Positions 63,071-64,000 of a stretch of 64,000 nucleotides of DNA are shown piece after piece. Each line of letters begins with the position of its first letter. Position 1 is the stretch's first letter. This stretch comes from Lama glama (taxonomy: Eukaryota). The DNA lies in NCBI GenBank assembly GCA_028534125.1, contig CM052817.1:59956001-60020000 (forward strand), written 5' to 3'. A model generated the notes under the pieces. It worked only from the letters and a program-made list of their open reading frames with translations. It ran no database searches and was not told where the DNA came from. Position numbers and translations under genes: made by a program.

Positions 63071-63739
63071 TCATAAGAACAGAGAGATAAAAATAAAATG
63101 CTATTTAAAAAATGCAAATAACAGCAAGAAAACTTAAGTCAGCTGTTTCTGTCTTTGAAGGAATCTGACTCTGTTGTAGAAGAACACACTTGCTGCTCTC
63201 TGATGGGTTTCTCGGAGGATTTAGATGTTGGACTCAGTGAGAAAAAGAAAAATCAGAATGCCTCTGCATAATTAAACAAATGTGAAATTCCAAGGAGACC
63301 ACTAGAGAGAAAAAAACAGGGAGATAAGAACAAATGGGGGAAGGTAGGTAGATATGATATTGGTTTTGGCAGTGTGGGAGAGAGGAGACCACAGGAAGCA
63401 AACAGGAAATTTAAGAGGTCATGGAATTGGAGAGAAAGGTATCCATGAATATATAATTCTGTGGGAGTCTACAGAACTCCAGGAAAACACTGGACTTTCC
63501 ACAGTTTTTGAAAAGGGAATGGAAGCAATTTTATTTAAATTGTGAAGAAAAGAATAATTGCCAATATGAAGATTTCAGCAATATTCAGCAAAATCAATAT
63601 AATGATTAGGTTGCAGGCTATGAGTCCTTTTTTACATATCTGAAAAGCCCAGTTATCCCCTCTTCAAACAATCATGGACTAATTCTTTTTTAAAATAGAA
63701 AATGTTGTGCCTCGATGTCACAGGAATGCAAGTATTTCT

Positions 63740-63975
63740 ATTTCTGTACTTACCTCCTAGAGAGATGGTGGTGTCCTATTTGTAGACCACTGCTGGTTCA
63801 GAGGCTATACTTTGAATAGCAGTGCTCTGGAATTGGGCAGCATGGGACTGCATCTTAGCTCTCACATAATATTATGAACTTGTGAAAAAGTTTCTCTGTC
63901 ACTTCATTTTCTAATCTGCAGTAAAAATGGTATCTGCCTCATTTTTTGGGTAAGAAATGTGAAACTATCACAATA
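63740..63975. mobile_element. MER5-like fragment followed by MIR
   Basis: ctatactttgaatagcagtgctct (MER5-like end); tcacttcattttctaatctgcagtaaaaatgg (MIR core). Confidence 0.5.
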
Positions 63976-64000
63976 TTGGTTCTCCATTTCTTCTTTAAAA

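Noticed and set aside
63746..63770. Minus-strand ctctctag|GAG|gtaagt 3-nt microexon
   Set aside because: Appears to lie within or at the edge of a MER5-like fragment; no supporting context.
1..64000. Inferring a host gene and its strand from L1 orientation bias
   Set aside because: L1s occur in both orientations with only a mild minus excess, and no known exon was recognised, so neither a gene name nor a direction can be supported.

Overview
AT-rich, CpG-depleted mammalian genomic DNA, very probably camelid (alpaca/llama/camel), judged from a vic-1-type tRNA-derived SINE and young L1 3' UTRs of a type I associate with camelids. It reads as intronic or intergenic: I recognise no intact protein-coding gene, RNA gene or CRISPR array, and the ORF-track entries are L1 remnants or chance ORFs. 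A large part of the window is transposable-element debris: several L1 generations, L2, MIR, MLT/ERV LTRs and hAT elements (MER63, MER53, MER20B). Highlights: (1) a Mutator-like (MULE) DNA transposon at 1003-2399 with ~120-bp inverted termini built from ~15-bp subrepeats, a perfect 8-bp TSD and a decayed transposase C-terminus; (2) a cluster of minus-strand exon-like segments ending at AATAAA (43770-45179), possibly an unannotated spliced transcript or pseudogene; (3) two L1 insertions at one target site leaving three TSD copies, one of them 5'-inverted; (4) an L1 whose apparent 5' UTR is joined directly to ORF2; (5) fold-back junction structures in another L1. Repeat subfamily names come from recalled consensus sequences and need RepeatMasker/Dfam confirmation; most repeat boundaries are approximate.
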